Shown piece by piece: positions 1-8,603 of a stretch of 64,000 nt of DNA; position 1 is the stretch's first letter, and every line of letters starts with the position of its first letter. The notes under the pieces were generated by a model. It saw nothing but the letters and a program-made list of their open reading frames with translations. It did not search any database and was not told where the DNA came from. Source of the stretch: Candidatus Nezhaarchaeota archaeon (lineage in GTDB: Archaea; Thermoproteota; Methanomethylicia; Nezhaarchaeales; WYZ-LMO8); NCBI GenBank assembly GCA_030055465.1, contig JASFYF010000001.1, forward strand, positions 698,447 through 762,446. Direction: 5' to 3'. A program made the position numbers and the translations under genes.

Positions 1-87
1 ATACCACCCCGTACAAGCTTTCGGGAGAGAAAGGAGAGAAAGCTTCTATATAATTTTTTCTATCAAAATAAGCTTCATCGCTTGAAG

Positions 88-333
88 TCACTTATACACG
101 CTTGCGCTTAACCAGCGAAGCACGTGTTTTACCGCTAGGTCTATGTCCTCGGCGGTAACGGTCTTTCTGCCAGCGTGCTTGGCCAGCTCCACGGCCTCCT
201 TGGCGATGTCGAGGGCTACGTCTTCAAGGATCTTGCTCAAAGCTTTGACAGCATCATCACCCACTCGTTCTGCCCCCGCCCTTCTGATTATTCTATCTAT
301 TGGAGCAAGGGGAAGCTCAACCAACATGATCAC
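88..333 (-). CDS. Archaeal histone (HMf/HTa family, histone fold)
   Basis: 81-aa ORF. Sequence [18 protein letters not shown]...[13 protein letters not shown] matches the conserved archaeal histone-fold signature. Confidence 0.8.
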   Translation of the reverse strand: MIMLVELPLAPIDRIIRRAGAERVGDDAVKALSKILEDVALDIAKEAVELAKHAGRKTVTAEDIDLAVKHVLRWLSASVYK

Positions 334-496
334 CTTTATAGATTCTTCTTCTGGCAGGCCCCTCCTAGGAAACTTATTGTAGTGAAACCTTACTTCTACT
401 TGTCGCTTCTAAGGCGTTGACCTCCTAGTTGTTTTGGGGCTTACAACCGCAACGTGGATGCCACTTTACGTAAGCGTTTAAAGGCGTTCCGTTTCA

Positions 497-590
497 CTGC
501 TTTCTCATTATGTTTAAGCCCAAACTCTCTGATGATCCCTTGAAGATCTCGTCGATAAACGCTGCTTTCTCATTATGTTTAAGCCCAAAC
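497..590. CRISPR. Orphan CRISPR-like mini-array: two identical 29-bp direct repeats (497-525, 562-590) around a unique 36-bp spacer
   Basis: Repeat CTGCTTTCTCATTATGTTTAAGCCCAAAC occurs twice, exactly. The spacer TCTCTGATGATCCCTTGAAGATCTCGTCGATAAACG is 36 bp. A 29/36 geometry is typical of CRISPR arrays. No cas genes lie nearby. Confidence 0.3.
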
Positions 591-678
591 CACGTTTTCG
601 AGTGGCGATAGGTGAAGCCGATATTGTGGGAAACGGTTAAATAATCCAGCTAAGAATTTAGAGCGCAGGTCGGACATC

Positions 679-975
679 ATGGGCAAGATACGACCATCAA
701 GTGTTAAGAGGCTGGCCCTGCACATATTTAGACAAAACCCTGACAGGGTAAGCTTAGACTACGCCAGCAACAAGAAGCTAGTCTTGGAGATTTCAACGGT
801 AAGGGCTAAGCACCTGTTAAACAGGGTTGCCGGATACCTAACGCGCTTAGCTAAGAGGTACAAGGGATTAAAAACAGAGGCAAAGGCAGAACCGGAACAG
901 GAGATAGAAGAACAGGAAATGGAAGAGGCGGAAGCAGGAGTGAAAGCGGAGGCAAAGCAGGAAGCTCAAGGTTAA
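679..975 (+). CDS. rps17e: 30S ribosomal protein S17e with a C-terminal Glu/Ala-rich tail
   Basis: N-terminus MGKIRPSSVKRLA...NKKL...ISTVRAKHLLNRVAGYLTRL matches S17e. The last ~35 aa form an acidic low-complexity extension. Confidence 0.85.
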   Translation: MGKIRPSSVKRLALHIFRQNPDRVSLDYASNKKLVLEISTVRAKHLLNRVAGYLTRLAKRYKGLKTEAKAEPEQEIEEQEMEEAEAGVKAEAKQEAQG

Positions 976-2162
976 CCCGCGTAGCTTATCAAGACTCTCC
1001 TCCGCAACAGGTAGCTGGAGATCCATGCCTTCAGTTTAAGGCCTTCTCGGGGACTACCCGCTTTGACTTTAACGTGCACCGTGCCCTCTCTAATCTCTAT
1101 TCTAAACCTACTAGACTGCAGGAGAGCCATAATTGTTTGCTCCGCGTCTAAGTGTCTAGGCTCGCCTTTAGCCTTAAACCGACACCTCGAAGGGCATGAG
1201 GCGTCGCAGGCTCTTCTGCTTAAAAAACAAAGATTGGGACAGGCCGCCTCCTCAGTTCCGCTGAGGTACTGGGCTACTGTGCTTGCGCAGCAGGCCCTCT
1301 TCAGGAATACGAGCCCCTTTTCCAGGGCCCTCCTCCTGATGAGCGCGAGGACATCGCCCTCCTCGACGTAAGTGAAGCCCTCCCTAGCAACGGCCTTCAC
1401 GTGCCTTTCTAGGATTTCAGCTTTAACTCCCCGCTTCATCAAGCCTTTAAGTATTCGAGGTGAAAGCCTAAGGGCGCTCGCCACGATACCGTAAGCTCCG
1501 GCCGCTTTAGCCTCATTGACTATGTCATCCACCTCCTCTTCGCTTAAACCTGGCAGCACTGGTCTTAGAAAGAGGAAAGGTATGAAGCCCCTCTTCTGGA
1601 GCCTATTTATGGCGTCAAGCCTTAAATACGGGTCCGGTGCCTTCGGCTCCAGAAACCTGTACTGATGGAGGCTGGTCACCGTGACGAGAACTGACAGCTT
1701 TAAGCCCTTTAGCGATGCGAGCTCGTCGAGCGTTTCATCGTTTACAGGCATCTTCGTTGCTATCTGGCAGGGGTTACCCAAGTGCTTTGATATGGCCTTC
1801 AAGTACTCAAGAGTTCTAGAGACTATTGGTGGAAGCAGAGGCTCCGTGACGCTTCCAAATGCCAAGTACGTTCCCCACTTTGTAGGGTAGAAGTACTTGT
1901 TGTAAAGCAAAGCGGCCACCAGCTGCTCGCCTCTGAGTGGGTACGGTGTTGGATGGGTGCCAAAGCCCATGTCGTATATGTAGCAATAGGTGCATTGCAG
2001 AGGGCATCCCGTGCCCGGGTGGATCGTTAAACCGCACCTTATGGGCTTCCTCTTCGCGTGTCCGTCGTTCTTCGCCGCGACGAGGCTTTCATGCGGAGTC
2101 TTGCTTTCAAGCTCTCTGAGAGCCCCTTCCTTCAGGGCCACTGGGTTGAGGCATGAGCTCAT
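972..2162 (-). CDS. Radical SAM protein (CxxxCxxC; SplB/DNA-photolyase-like radical SAM family)
   Basis: Motif GCPLQCTYCY fits CX3CX2C. Length 396 aa, with an additional C-terminal Cys cluster. Confidence 0.65.
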   Translation of the reverse strand: MSSCLNPVALKEGALRELESKTPHESLVAAKNDGHAKRKPIRCGLTIHPGTGCPLQCTYCYIYDMGFGTHPTPYPLRGEQLVAALLYNKYFYPTKWGTYLAFGSVTEPLLPPIVSRTLEYLKAISKHLGNPCQIATKMPVNDETLDELASLKGLKLSVLVTVTSLHQYRFLEPKAPDPYLRLDAINRLQKRGFIPFLFLRPVLPGLSEEEVDDIVNEAKAAGAYGIVASALRLSPRILKGLMKRGVKAEILERHVKAVAREGFTYVEEGDVLALIRRRALEKGLVFLKRACCASTVAQYLSGTEEAACPNLCFLSRRACDASCPSRCRFKAKGEPRHLDAEQTIMALLQSSRFRIEIREGTVHVKVKAGSPREGLKLKAWISSYLLRRRVLISYAG

Positions 2163-2343
2163 ATGAGCACCTCGAGGAGACCCCAGCTTCAGCCGGTTCC
2201 AGTTGCGTTTGCCTTCAAGGGTGGCAAAGGGCTAAGGTTTATATATAGTTGCCCCTTTCGTGGGGGTGGGGGATGAAGAGGCTGACCTGCACTGAGCAGT
2301 GAAGAAGTGTACCTCGACTGACCTCTCAAGGAGGGAGCCGCGC

Positions 2344-2634
2344 GTGAAAGTTAAAGTAAACTTCGTAGCTGTTCTAAGGGGCCTTGCCTCCAGCCCCTCA
2401 ATTGAGGTAGATTTACCTGGATCCTCCACCGTTAAAGATGTCATATTTCTGGCTTGTAAAAATGACGAGAAGCTTCTCGAAAGGGTTTTTGAAGGTAGCG
2501 GGAGGCGTGTAAGGGGAGACATAATAGTTTTAGTGGACGGAGTTGATGTAAACCTGGTGGGAGGCGTAGACGCCGCGTTGAGCCAGGTAAAACCGCTGGA
2601 GATAACCTTGATACCCTCAGTTCACGGTGGCTAG
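2344..2634 (+). CDS. MoaD/ThiS-like small ubiquitin-like sulfur carrier (SAMP-like), C-terminal GG
   Basis: Ends ...SVHGG. Proposed start is a GTG preceded by the strong SD AAGGAGGGA 7 nt upstream; the track ORF starts earlier at 2299. The beta-grasp family assignment is from sequence pattern. Confidence 0.65.
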   Translation: MKVKVNFVAVLRGLASSPSIEVDLPGSSTVKDVIFLACKNDEKLLERVFEGSGRRVRGDIIVLVDGVDVNLVGGVDAALSQVKPLEITLIPSVHGG

Positions 2635-3229
2635 CATGGCTTTAGAGGACGCCTGCAAAGAGCTGCTCTCCGCCCTCATCTCTAGAAGAGAAGAGGTCTG
2701 CATCTTCGCGGCTCATGTAAGCTTAAAATCAATGGTGAGCACGCGGGAACTCGTAAAAGTTATGGAGTCTTCGGCTAGAGAATCCTCCTCAATCCTGTGG
2801 TCAATTTCGAGGCCTAGAATACCCCTCTCCTCCCGCCATGTCCTTCACGCTTTTTACCATAGTTTAAAGGCATTCGCATTGAAAAGGAACATAAGCGACA
2901 AGTTCAACATAGAGTTCTTGCTTCGCTTATCATGTAGAGACCAGATAAAGGAGGCCCTTGAAGTCTGCGGGCTTGGCGAGACTGCTGAAAGCTTCTGCCT
3001 CTACGTGATTGCGCGGAGTCCTGGCCTAATTGACGCTCTGTTATCGCGCTTAACATCCTGTTTCGGAGACGTAACCATTGATGAAGGCTCGTGCTACGGG
3101 GATTGCTTGCTCTCAGTGCTGAAGGTATGTGAGGAGGAGCTGAGCTCGAGCGAATACGGTCTCTCCGCCTTGGGTCCACAGCTCAAAAGCATATTAACCA
3201 GGATGTCTCTCCTCAACGTCAAGAGGTAG
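2627..3229 (+). CDS. Hypothetical protein, 200 aa, overlaps the end of the MoaD-like gene (probably co-transcribed)
   Basis: Single long ORF in a coding-dense context. No recognisable motif. Confidence 0.4.
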   Translation: MASMALEDACKELLSALISRREEVCIFAAHVSLKSMVSTRELVKVMESSARESSSILWSISRPRIPLSSRHVLHAFYHSLKAFALKRNISDKFNIEFLLRLSCRDQIKEALEVCGLGETAESFCLYVIARSPGLIDALLSRLTSCFGDVTIDEGSCYGDCLLSVLKVCEEELSSSEYGLSALGPQLKSILTRMSLLNVKR

Positions 3230-3749
3230 TTATCTTAACTATCGACACAACGTCTTCGGGCCTCAATACCGCTATCCCGACGTTTCTGCCTATAACCTCG
3301 ATCTGGAGGACCTTATCCGGCTTTTTAAGGTTCACCTTTCGGTTTATGTTGGCAGCCACGCTTTCTATGAGCTTCCTGGTGCTGAGGTTGGAGAGCCTCT
3401 TGTTCACAGTTATCCTGAAAGTCTCGTTCTCTCCAATCTTCTTGGCAGCCAGCTCGGCCGCGCTCCTCTTTATATCCTCCTCATCATCTGATGTCACGAT
3501 ATCTATCGGCGTGAGCTTCAAGGTGTACCTGACATCCCAAGGCTTCTCTTTTGCTAGTTCCCCGATCCTCCTAGATGCCTCATAGGGGTTCAGCTTGGTG
3601 TCAACCAGTAAGAGCCCCGGTACGGGAGCTCTCCTAATGTTGGGCCCGTCATCGCCTAGCTCTCTGAGGAGATACCATAGCTCGCTAACACAGTCGTCCT
3701 CCCTGTTGCGGTACGTTGAAACCAGCATGTTAAACTTCATATCTATCAC
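3219..3749 (-). CDS. THUMP-domain RNA-binding protein (archaeal COG1818 type)
   Basis: 176 aa. The C-terminal region resembles a THUMP domain. A TATA-like CTTTAAAG lies 32-39 bp upstream on the minus strand. Confidence 0.55.
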   Translation of the reverse strand: MIDMKFNMLVSTYRNREDDCVSELWYLLRELGDDGPNIRRAPVPGLLLVDTKLNPYEASRRIGELAKEKPWDVRYTLKLTPIDIVTSDDEEDIKRSAAELAAKKIGENETFRITVNKRLSNLSTRKLIESVAANINRKVNLKKPDKVLQIEVIGRNVGIAVLRPEDVVSIVKITTS

Positions 3750-3862
3750 CGTTCAAACATGTCGTCTCACTTTTCGACGGCTTTAAAGTTTCCTGAGCAC
3801 ATCTACAGGTAACTTTAAATAAAGCCATAGTTCCTTATCCCACTATCGTGGGGGCTGAAGTC

Positions 3863-3937
3863 ATGGAAGAGGAATGGGAGGAATGGGAAGAAGAGGAAGA
3901 ATGGGAAGAAGAGGAGGAATGGGAGGAGGAGTGGTGA
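3863..3937 (+). CDS. Micro-ORF encoding MEEEWEEWEEEEEWEEEEEWEEEW (24 aa, only Glu and Trp after Met) on a polypurine tract
   Basis: Hand-translated from ATG 3863 to TGA 3935-3937. TATA-like TTTAAATA at 3815-3822 lies about 41 bp upstream. The ORF is below the 60-aa cutoff of the supplied track. Confidence 0.25.
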   Translation: MEEEWEEWEEEEEWEEEEEWEEEW

Positions 3938-3980
3938 TTACCCCCCATTATTTTTGGGCTCCTCATTAATTTAAACCAGT

Positions 3981-4292
3981 ATGGGGGGAGACCCTTACAT
4001 GGATTTTTGTCCTAAATGCGAGATACTCTTGAAGCCTGTTAAGAGAGACGGTAAGACCTACTTGACTTGTAAGCGTTGCGGCTTCTCGAAGCTTCTCAAC
4101 GCGCAATCGGCGCGGTACTCCACGACGAGGATTATTGAGAAGTCAAAGCATAGAACCATAGGAGTTGTTGAAGAGAAGGAGGAGCTGAAGGAGAAGGCAA
4201 GAGAGGAGGTCAAGGAAGTAAGCCAGGAGAGAGTTCGAGAACTCATGGATTTGCTCAACCAAGAACAAGAACATGCTGAGGCTGAAGAATAG
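3981..4292 (+). CDS. TFS/RpoM N-terminal zinc-ribbon paralog with a highly charged C-terminal tail; lacks the C-terminal catalytic Zn ribbon
   Basis: MDFCPKCEILLKP...TCKRCGF parallels the N-terminus of the bona fide TFS at 25749-26087 (LCPKCGTMMV...ACKRCGY). The rest is a Lys/Glu-rich helix. A TATA-like TTAATTTAAA lies just upstream. Confidence 0.5.
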   Translation: MGGDPYMDFCPKCEILLKPVKRDGKTYLTCKRCGFSKLLNAQSARYSTTRIIEKSKHRTIGVVEEKEELKEKAREEVKEVSQERVRELMDLLNQEQEHAEAEE

Positions 4293-4354
4293 AGAGCGTA
4301 TTGGCGCTCCTCTACACGTAGGCCAGCGCCCTAAAACTGGAGGTAACGCCCCCG

Positions 4355-6151
4355 ATGCCTAGAATAGCAACCGTTGATCGGGACCTCTGCAAGCCGAAGG
4401 AGTGCAACAAGGAGTGCTTTCGCTTCTGCCCCCTCATGAAGAACAAGGTCCAGGTGATGGAAGTAGACGGGAATAGTGGCCGCCCAGTGATAAGGGAGAA
4501 CCTGTGCGTTGGTTGCGGCATATGCGTCAAGAAGTGTCCCTTTTCAGCTATAACCATCGTAAACCTCCCCCAAGAACTAGAGGGGATGTGCGTTCACGCG
4601 CATGGGATTAACGCTTTCAGGTTGTACAGGCTTCCCCCACCACGAAAAGGCCAGGTACTAGGGCTCATAGGACCTAACGGCATAGGGAAAAGCAGCGTGC
4701 TCCGCATCTTGGCGGGCGAGCTTGTACCAAACCTTGGAATTATAAACGGGCAGCCATCCAAAGAACAAGTGATAAGCTTCTTCGCGGGCACGGAGCTCCA
4801 AGTTTACTTCAAAGAGCTGTATTCGGGCGCCATACGCGTAGTCCATAAGGTGCAGCACGTTGATAAAATACCAAGATACGTTAAGGGCATGGCAGGGGAA
4901 CTCCTAAAAAAGGTGGATGAGAAAGGAGCTTGGAGGGAGCTTGCAGCCCGACTGGACCTTGAAGACCTGCTGGATAGGGAGGTAAACGCGCTCAGCGGCG
5001 GGGAGCTCCAGAGGCTAGCCATCGTAGCGGCGTGCTGCCGGGAAGCCGACGTTTACATATTTGATGAGCCTGCGAGCTACCTTGATGTCATGCAGAGGCT
5101 TAAAGTCTCTAAGATTATTAGATCTCTGGCCGAAGCAGGCAAAACAGTTATAATAGCGGAGCACGACCTCGCGATACTAGACTACGTCTCAGATAGGACA
5201 TGCATAATTTACGGTAAGCCCGGCGCCTACGGAGTTGTCTCCCAACCTTATGGTGTGCGCGTAGGCGTCAACATTTACCTGGACGGCTACATACCAGGCG
5301 AGAACGTAAGGTTCAGGAACGAGCCTATAAGGTTTAGAGTTAAGCCAAGGCCGCGAGAATCGCAGCTCACCGATGAATTGTTGTCTTGGCCTCAGTTTAA
5401 AGTCGAATTGGGCTCCTTCTGCTTGGAATCTGAAGGAGGAACGATACATAAGGGCGAGGTGGTCGGAATACTTGGACCTAACGGCATAGGAAAGACCACC
5501 TTCATAAAGCGCTTGCTCGAGCTCTTATCAAGTGTGGAAGGACCCACCCCTAGGGATTTCAAGTTAAGCTATAAACCCCAGTATTTAATCCCAGAGACCG
5601 ATGAAACAGTTTACGAGTACTTATCGAGGAACCTGGAGACCTTGATGGCCACTTCCTGGTTTAAGGCGGAGGTAGCCTCTCCATTTCTCTTGGAGCCCCT
5701 CTACGATCGCAGATTGCACTCGTTGAGTGGCGGTGAACTTCAGCGGGTCAGCATAGCATGCGCTCTAGCACGAGAAGCCGACGTTTACCTACTGGATGAA
5801 CCCTCGGCGTACCTTGATGTTGAGCAAAGGCTCGCTATGGCGAAGCTCGTGAGGAGAATAGTTGAGGAGAAGAAGGCAGCCGCATTCGTCGTCGAGCACG
5901 ACCTCTTAGTGATGGATGCCATAGCCGACTCGATAATGGTGTTTCAGGGAGAGCCGGGCAAACGAGGTATAGCCTCTGCGCCTATAGACCTGAGAACGGG
6001 ATTTAACGACTTCTTGAGGCGCCTCGATGTAACCTTCCGAAGGGACCTCCACAGCGGGAGGGTCAGGGTGAACAAGCCTGACTCCTTTCTACATCGAAAA
6101 CAGAGGGGTATGGGCGAGTACTACTACATACCGGAGAAGGAGGAGGAGTAG
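4355..6151 (+). CDS. abcE1: ABCE1 (RNase L inhibitor / ribosome recycling ATPase) with an N-terminal 4Fe-4S domain and two ABC cassettes
   Basis: Contains CX2CX2CX3CP ferredoxin motifs, two Walker A motifs (GPNGIGKS and GPNGIGKT) and two LSGGELQR signatures. SD GGAGGT lies upstream. Confidence 0.9.
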   Translation: MPRIATVDRDLCKPKECNKECFRFCPLMKNKVQVMEVDGNSGRPVIRENLCVGCGICVKKCPFSAITIVNLPQELEGMCVHAHGINAFRLYRLPPPRKGQVLGLIGPNGIGKSSVLRILAGELVPNLGIINGQPSKEQVISFFAGTELQVYFKELYSGAIRVVHKVQHVDKIPRYVKGMAGELLKKVDEKGAWRELAARLDLEDLLDREVNALSGGELQRLAIVAACCREADVYIFDEPASYLDVMQRLKVSKIIRSLAEAGKTVIIAEHDLAILDYVSDRTCIIYGKPGAYGVVSQPYGVRVGVNIYLDGYIPGENVRFRNEPIRFRVKPRPRESQLTDELLSWPQFKVELGSFCLESEGGTIHKGEVVGILGPNGIGKTTFIKRLLELLSSVEGPTPRDFKLSYKPQYLIPETDETVYEYLSRNLETLMATSWFKAEVASPFLLEPLYDRRLHSLSGGELQRVSIACALAREADVYLLDEPSAYLDVEQRLAMAKLVRRIVEEKKAAAFVVEHDLLVMDAIADSIMVFQGEPGKRGIASAPIDLRTGFNDFLRRLDVTFRRDLHSGRVRVNKPDSFLHRKQRGMGEYYYIPEKEEE

Positions 6152-6602
6152 GAGCCAGCCTTTCGCTGTCTAAGCATCCCAGAAAACTCCTCCTAAAGAT
6201 GTTTAAGTTCCTGCCCTTAATTCCCCTTGCAACCTTGTAAATTGGTATTGTTGGATGTGCTGAAATGAACAGCTTCCCCGCCTTAAAAGGTGAGGCTTTC
6301 AGTTGTAAACGTGGTCTGGATTTATGGCAGGCTCCAAGCCTTTGTTTCGAGCACCCCTGCAACCTAATGAATTATCCGTCCAAGCCCCTCCTTACCCCCC
6401 TCAAAACCAGAGCAGGCTTCCGCATCTTCGGGGCACTAGACCGATGGAGTACTGAACTAGGAAGACCTTGTTCCTAGAGCGCTGATGACTTTGCATGTAT
6501 CGACAACTCATCCCAGAACTAAACTTCTGGACTTTCTCGCCGATGTTTAACTCTAAACATTTATACCTGATAGTAGGATATGTCTTAATATTGGTGAGGC
6601 GA

Positions 6603-7724
6603 ATGCCGAGTAGTAAGGTTACTGTAAGCTTAATAAAGGCCGATGTTGGCTCGCTTTGTGGGCACCACGTTGTTCATCCGAAACAACTCGAAGTGGCGAG
6701 GAGAAGCCTTGAAGAGGCGAAGAGGAACGGCCTCATAATAGATTACTACGCCTTCAACTGCGGCGACGACCTTGAGTTGTTGATGACCCATAAAAAGGGG
6801 GAGAACTCCCCTGAAATCCACGGCCTGGCGTGGAACACCTTTAAGGAGGTTGTTGCAAAGGTTTCGAGACCCTTTAAGCTTTACGCTGCAGGCCAAGACC
6901 TCCTCATCGAAACGTTTTCAGGCAACGTGAAGGGCATGGGCCCCGGAGTTGCGGAGATGGAGATTGAGGAGAGGCCGAGCGAGCCGATAATAGTCTTAGC
7001 GGCTGACAAAACCGAGCCTGGCGCATGGAACTATCCTCTGTACAAGATGTTCGCGTCGCCGGACAATACCGCTGGGCTGGTCATAGATCCAAGCATGCAT
7101 GAAGGATTCATATTTAGAGTAATGGATGTGGTGGACGGCAAATACGTGGATTTAAGCTGCCCCGAGGAGATCTACACCCTTGTGGGGCTGCTCGGAACCC
7201 CCGGAAAGTACGTTGTCGAGAGGGTTTTCAGGAAAGCAGACAAGGCCATAGCCGCGGTGGCCAGCACCACTAGGCTTAACTTGATAGCCGGCAGATACGT
7301 TGGTAAGGACGACCCAGTCTTAATTGTTAGGGCCCAACACGGCTTCCCAGCCGTTGGCGAGGTTCTGGCGCCTTTCGGATACCCACATTTGGTTGCCGGG
7401 TGGATGAGGGGCTCGCATAATGGTCCGTTGATGCCAGTAAGCTTAAGGAACGCCCGTTGCACGTTCTTCGATGGGCCTCCTAGAGTTGTAGCTTTGGGAT
7501 TTCAGTTGGCCAATGGAGAGCTGATAGGCCTCTCCGGATCTGAGCCAGCCGACCTATTCGATGACCCGGCCTTTGACTTGGCCAGGAAAACGGCGATGAA
7601 AGTTGCGGACTACATGAGGAGGATGGGAGAGTTCATGCCTGCGAGGCTGGAACCTGAAGAACTAGAGTACACTACGCTGCCAAAGATACTCGACAAATTG
7701 AAGGATAGGTTCAAGAGCCTTTAA
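6603..7724 (+). CDS. fbp: Bifunctional fructose-1,6-bisphosphate aldolase/phosphatase (class V FBPase)
   Basis: VSLIKADVGSLCGHHVVHP...DYYAFNCGDDLELLMTHKKGE...YAAGQDLL matches the archaeal FBPA/P family. The start is placed at the internal ATG at 6603; the track ORF starts at 6495. Confidence 0.85.
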   Translation: MPSSKVTVSLIKADVGSLCGHHVVHPKQLEVARRSLEEAKRNGLIIDYYAFNCGDDLELLMTHKKGENSPEIHGLAWNTFKEVVAKVSRPFKLYAAGQDLLIETFSGNVKGMGPGVAEMEIEERPSEPIIVLAADKTEPGAWNYPLYKMFASPDNTAGLVIDPSMHEGFIFRVMDVVDGKYVDLSCPEEIYTLVGLLGTPGKYVVERVFRKADKAIAAVASTTRLNLIAGRYVGKDDPVLIVRAQHGFPAVGEVLAPFGYPHLVAGWMRGSHNGPLMPVSLRNARCTFFDGPPRVVALGFQLANGELIGLSGSEPADLFDDPAFDLARKTAMKVADYMRRMGEFMPARLEPEELEYTTLPKILDKLKDRFKSL

Positions 7725-7929
7725 CTTCCTTCTCTTTCATTACGGTTAGGGCCCTAGCTATGGCCTTCCTAATGGCTCTTATCTTGCCTGGATTATCGAG
7801 GGGGGCCCCTGAAGCTTGCTGAGCCTTGAGCCTCATAAGTTCAGCTTTGAGATCCCGCAGCTTAGCGGTGAGCTCCTCACTCGTCATCTTCCTCGCGTCA
7901 CTAGCCCTCAGCACCGCCACTACTCTCAC
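7711..7929 (-). CDS. rpl29: 50S ribosomal protein L29 (uL29)
   Basis: Small basic coiled-coil protein with EELTAKLRDLKAELMRLKAQ, in the operon position after S3. Confidence 0.75.
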   Translation of the reverse strand: MRVVAVLRASDARKMTSEELTAKLRDLKAELMRLKAQQASGAPLDNPGKIRAIRKAIARALTVMKEKEVKGS

Positions 7930-8542
7930 CTTCTTTAACCTGGACTTTGCCTTTGTCCAGCTCTTCTATGGCGTTCCGCGCGTCCGGTAGAACTATCTTC
8001 ACTTTAACGCCTATCTTACCCTGCTTCATGTACGCGTGGCTGACCGCGATGTCGGCGTACTCTGAGGATATCTGTCCGGCCTTTACCACTATTCCCGAGC
8101 ACAGCTTCTCATACCTTGCACGCTCCGTCCTCAGTTTACCCTTTATTCTAATTTCGGCCCCCACTGCGCCGGCTTCCATTATCTGGTTCAACGCTATGTA
8201 AGCAGCCCTCCTAAAGTGGATTCCTCGTTCGAGGGCGCTTTTGATCCTCTGAGCCATTATCTTTGCGTTGAGCTCTGGTACCTCTATAGGGGCAACGCCT
8301 ATCTGCGGCCTCTCTATCCCAAATATCTTCTCGAATTTTTGGGTTAGCTCGTGAACCGTAGATCCGTGTCTTCCTATAACCATTCCAGGCCTTTCTGCAT
8401 ATATTGTTACGTTTGTGCCTAGAGGGGTTTTTTGGAGGTCAACCTTCACGTAGCCGGCCTTTTCGAGGTCCCTCTGAAGGAAGAAGTCAACGTCAAGCCT
8501 CTTGAGGCCCTTTATTATAAAGTTTTTTTCTATGTCAGGCAT
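7901..8542 (-). CDS. rps3: 30S ribosomal protein S3 (uS3)
   Basis: KH domain VIGRHGSTVHELT. Operon context. Confidence 0.9.
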   Translation of the reverse strand: MPDIEKNFIIKGLKRLDVDFFLQRDLEKAGYVKVDLQKTPLGTNVTIYAERPGMVIGRHGSTVHELTQKFEKIFGIERPQIGVAPIEVPELNAKIMAQRIKSALERGIHFRRAAYIALNQIMEAGAVGAEIRIKGKLRTERARYEKLCSGIVVKAGQISSEYADIAVSHAYMKQGKIGVKVKIVLPDARNAIEELDKGKVQVKEGESSGGAEG

Positions 8543-8603
8543 GCATTCACCTCATACACTTCAGGTGCAATAACTTCAGGCTGCTAAATATTAGGGTTGC
8601 TCC

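Noticed and set aside
6478-6570. Possible C/D box sRNA (TGATGA at about 6483, CTGA at about 6566)
   Set aside because: Box spacing of about 80 nt and the absence of clear C'/D' boxes or terminal stem do not fit archaeal C/D sRNAs (typically 50-60 nt). Kept only as part of a general ncRNA candidate region.
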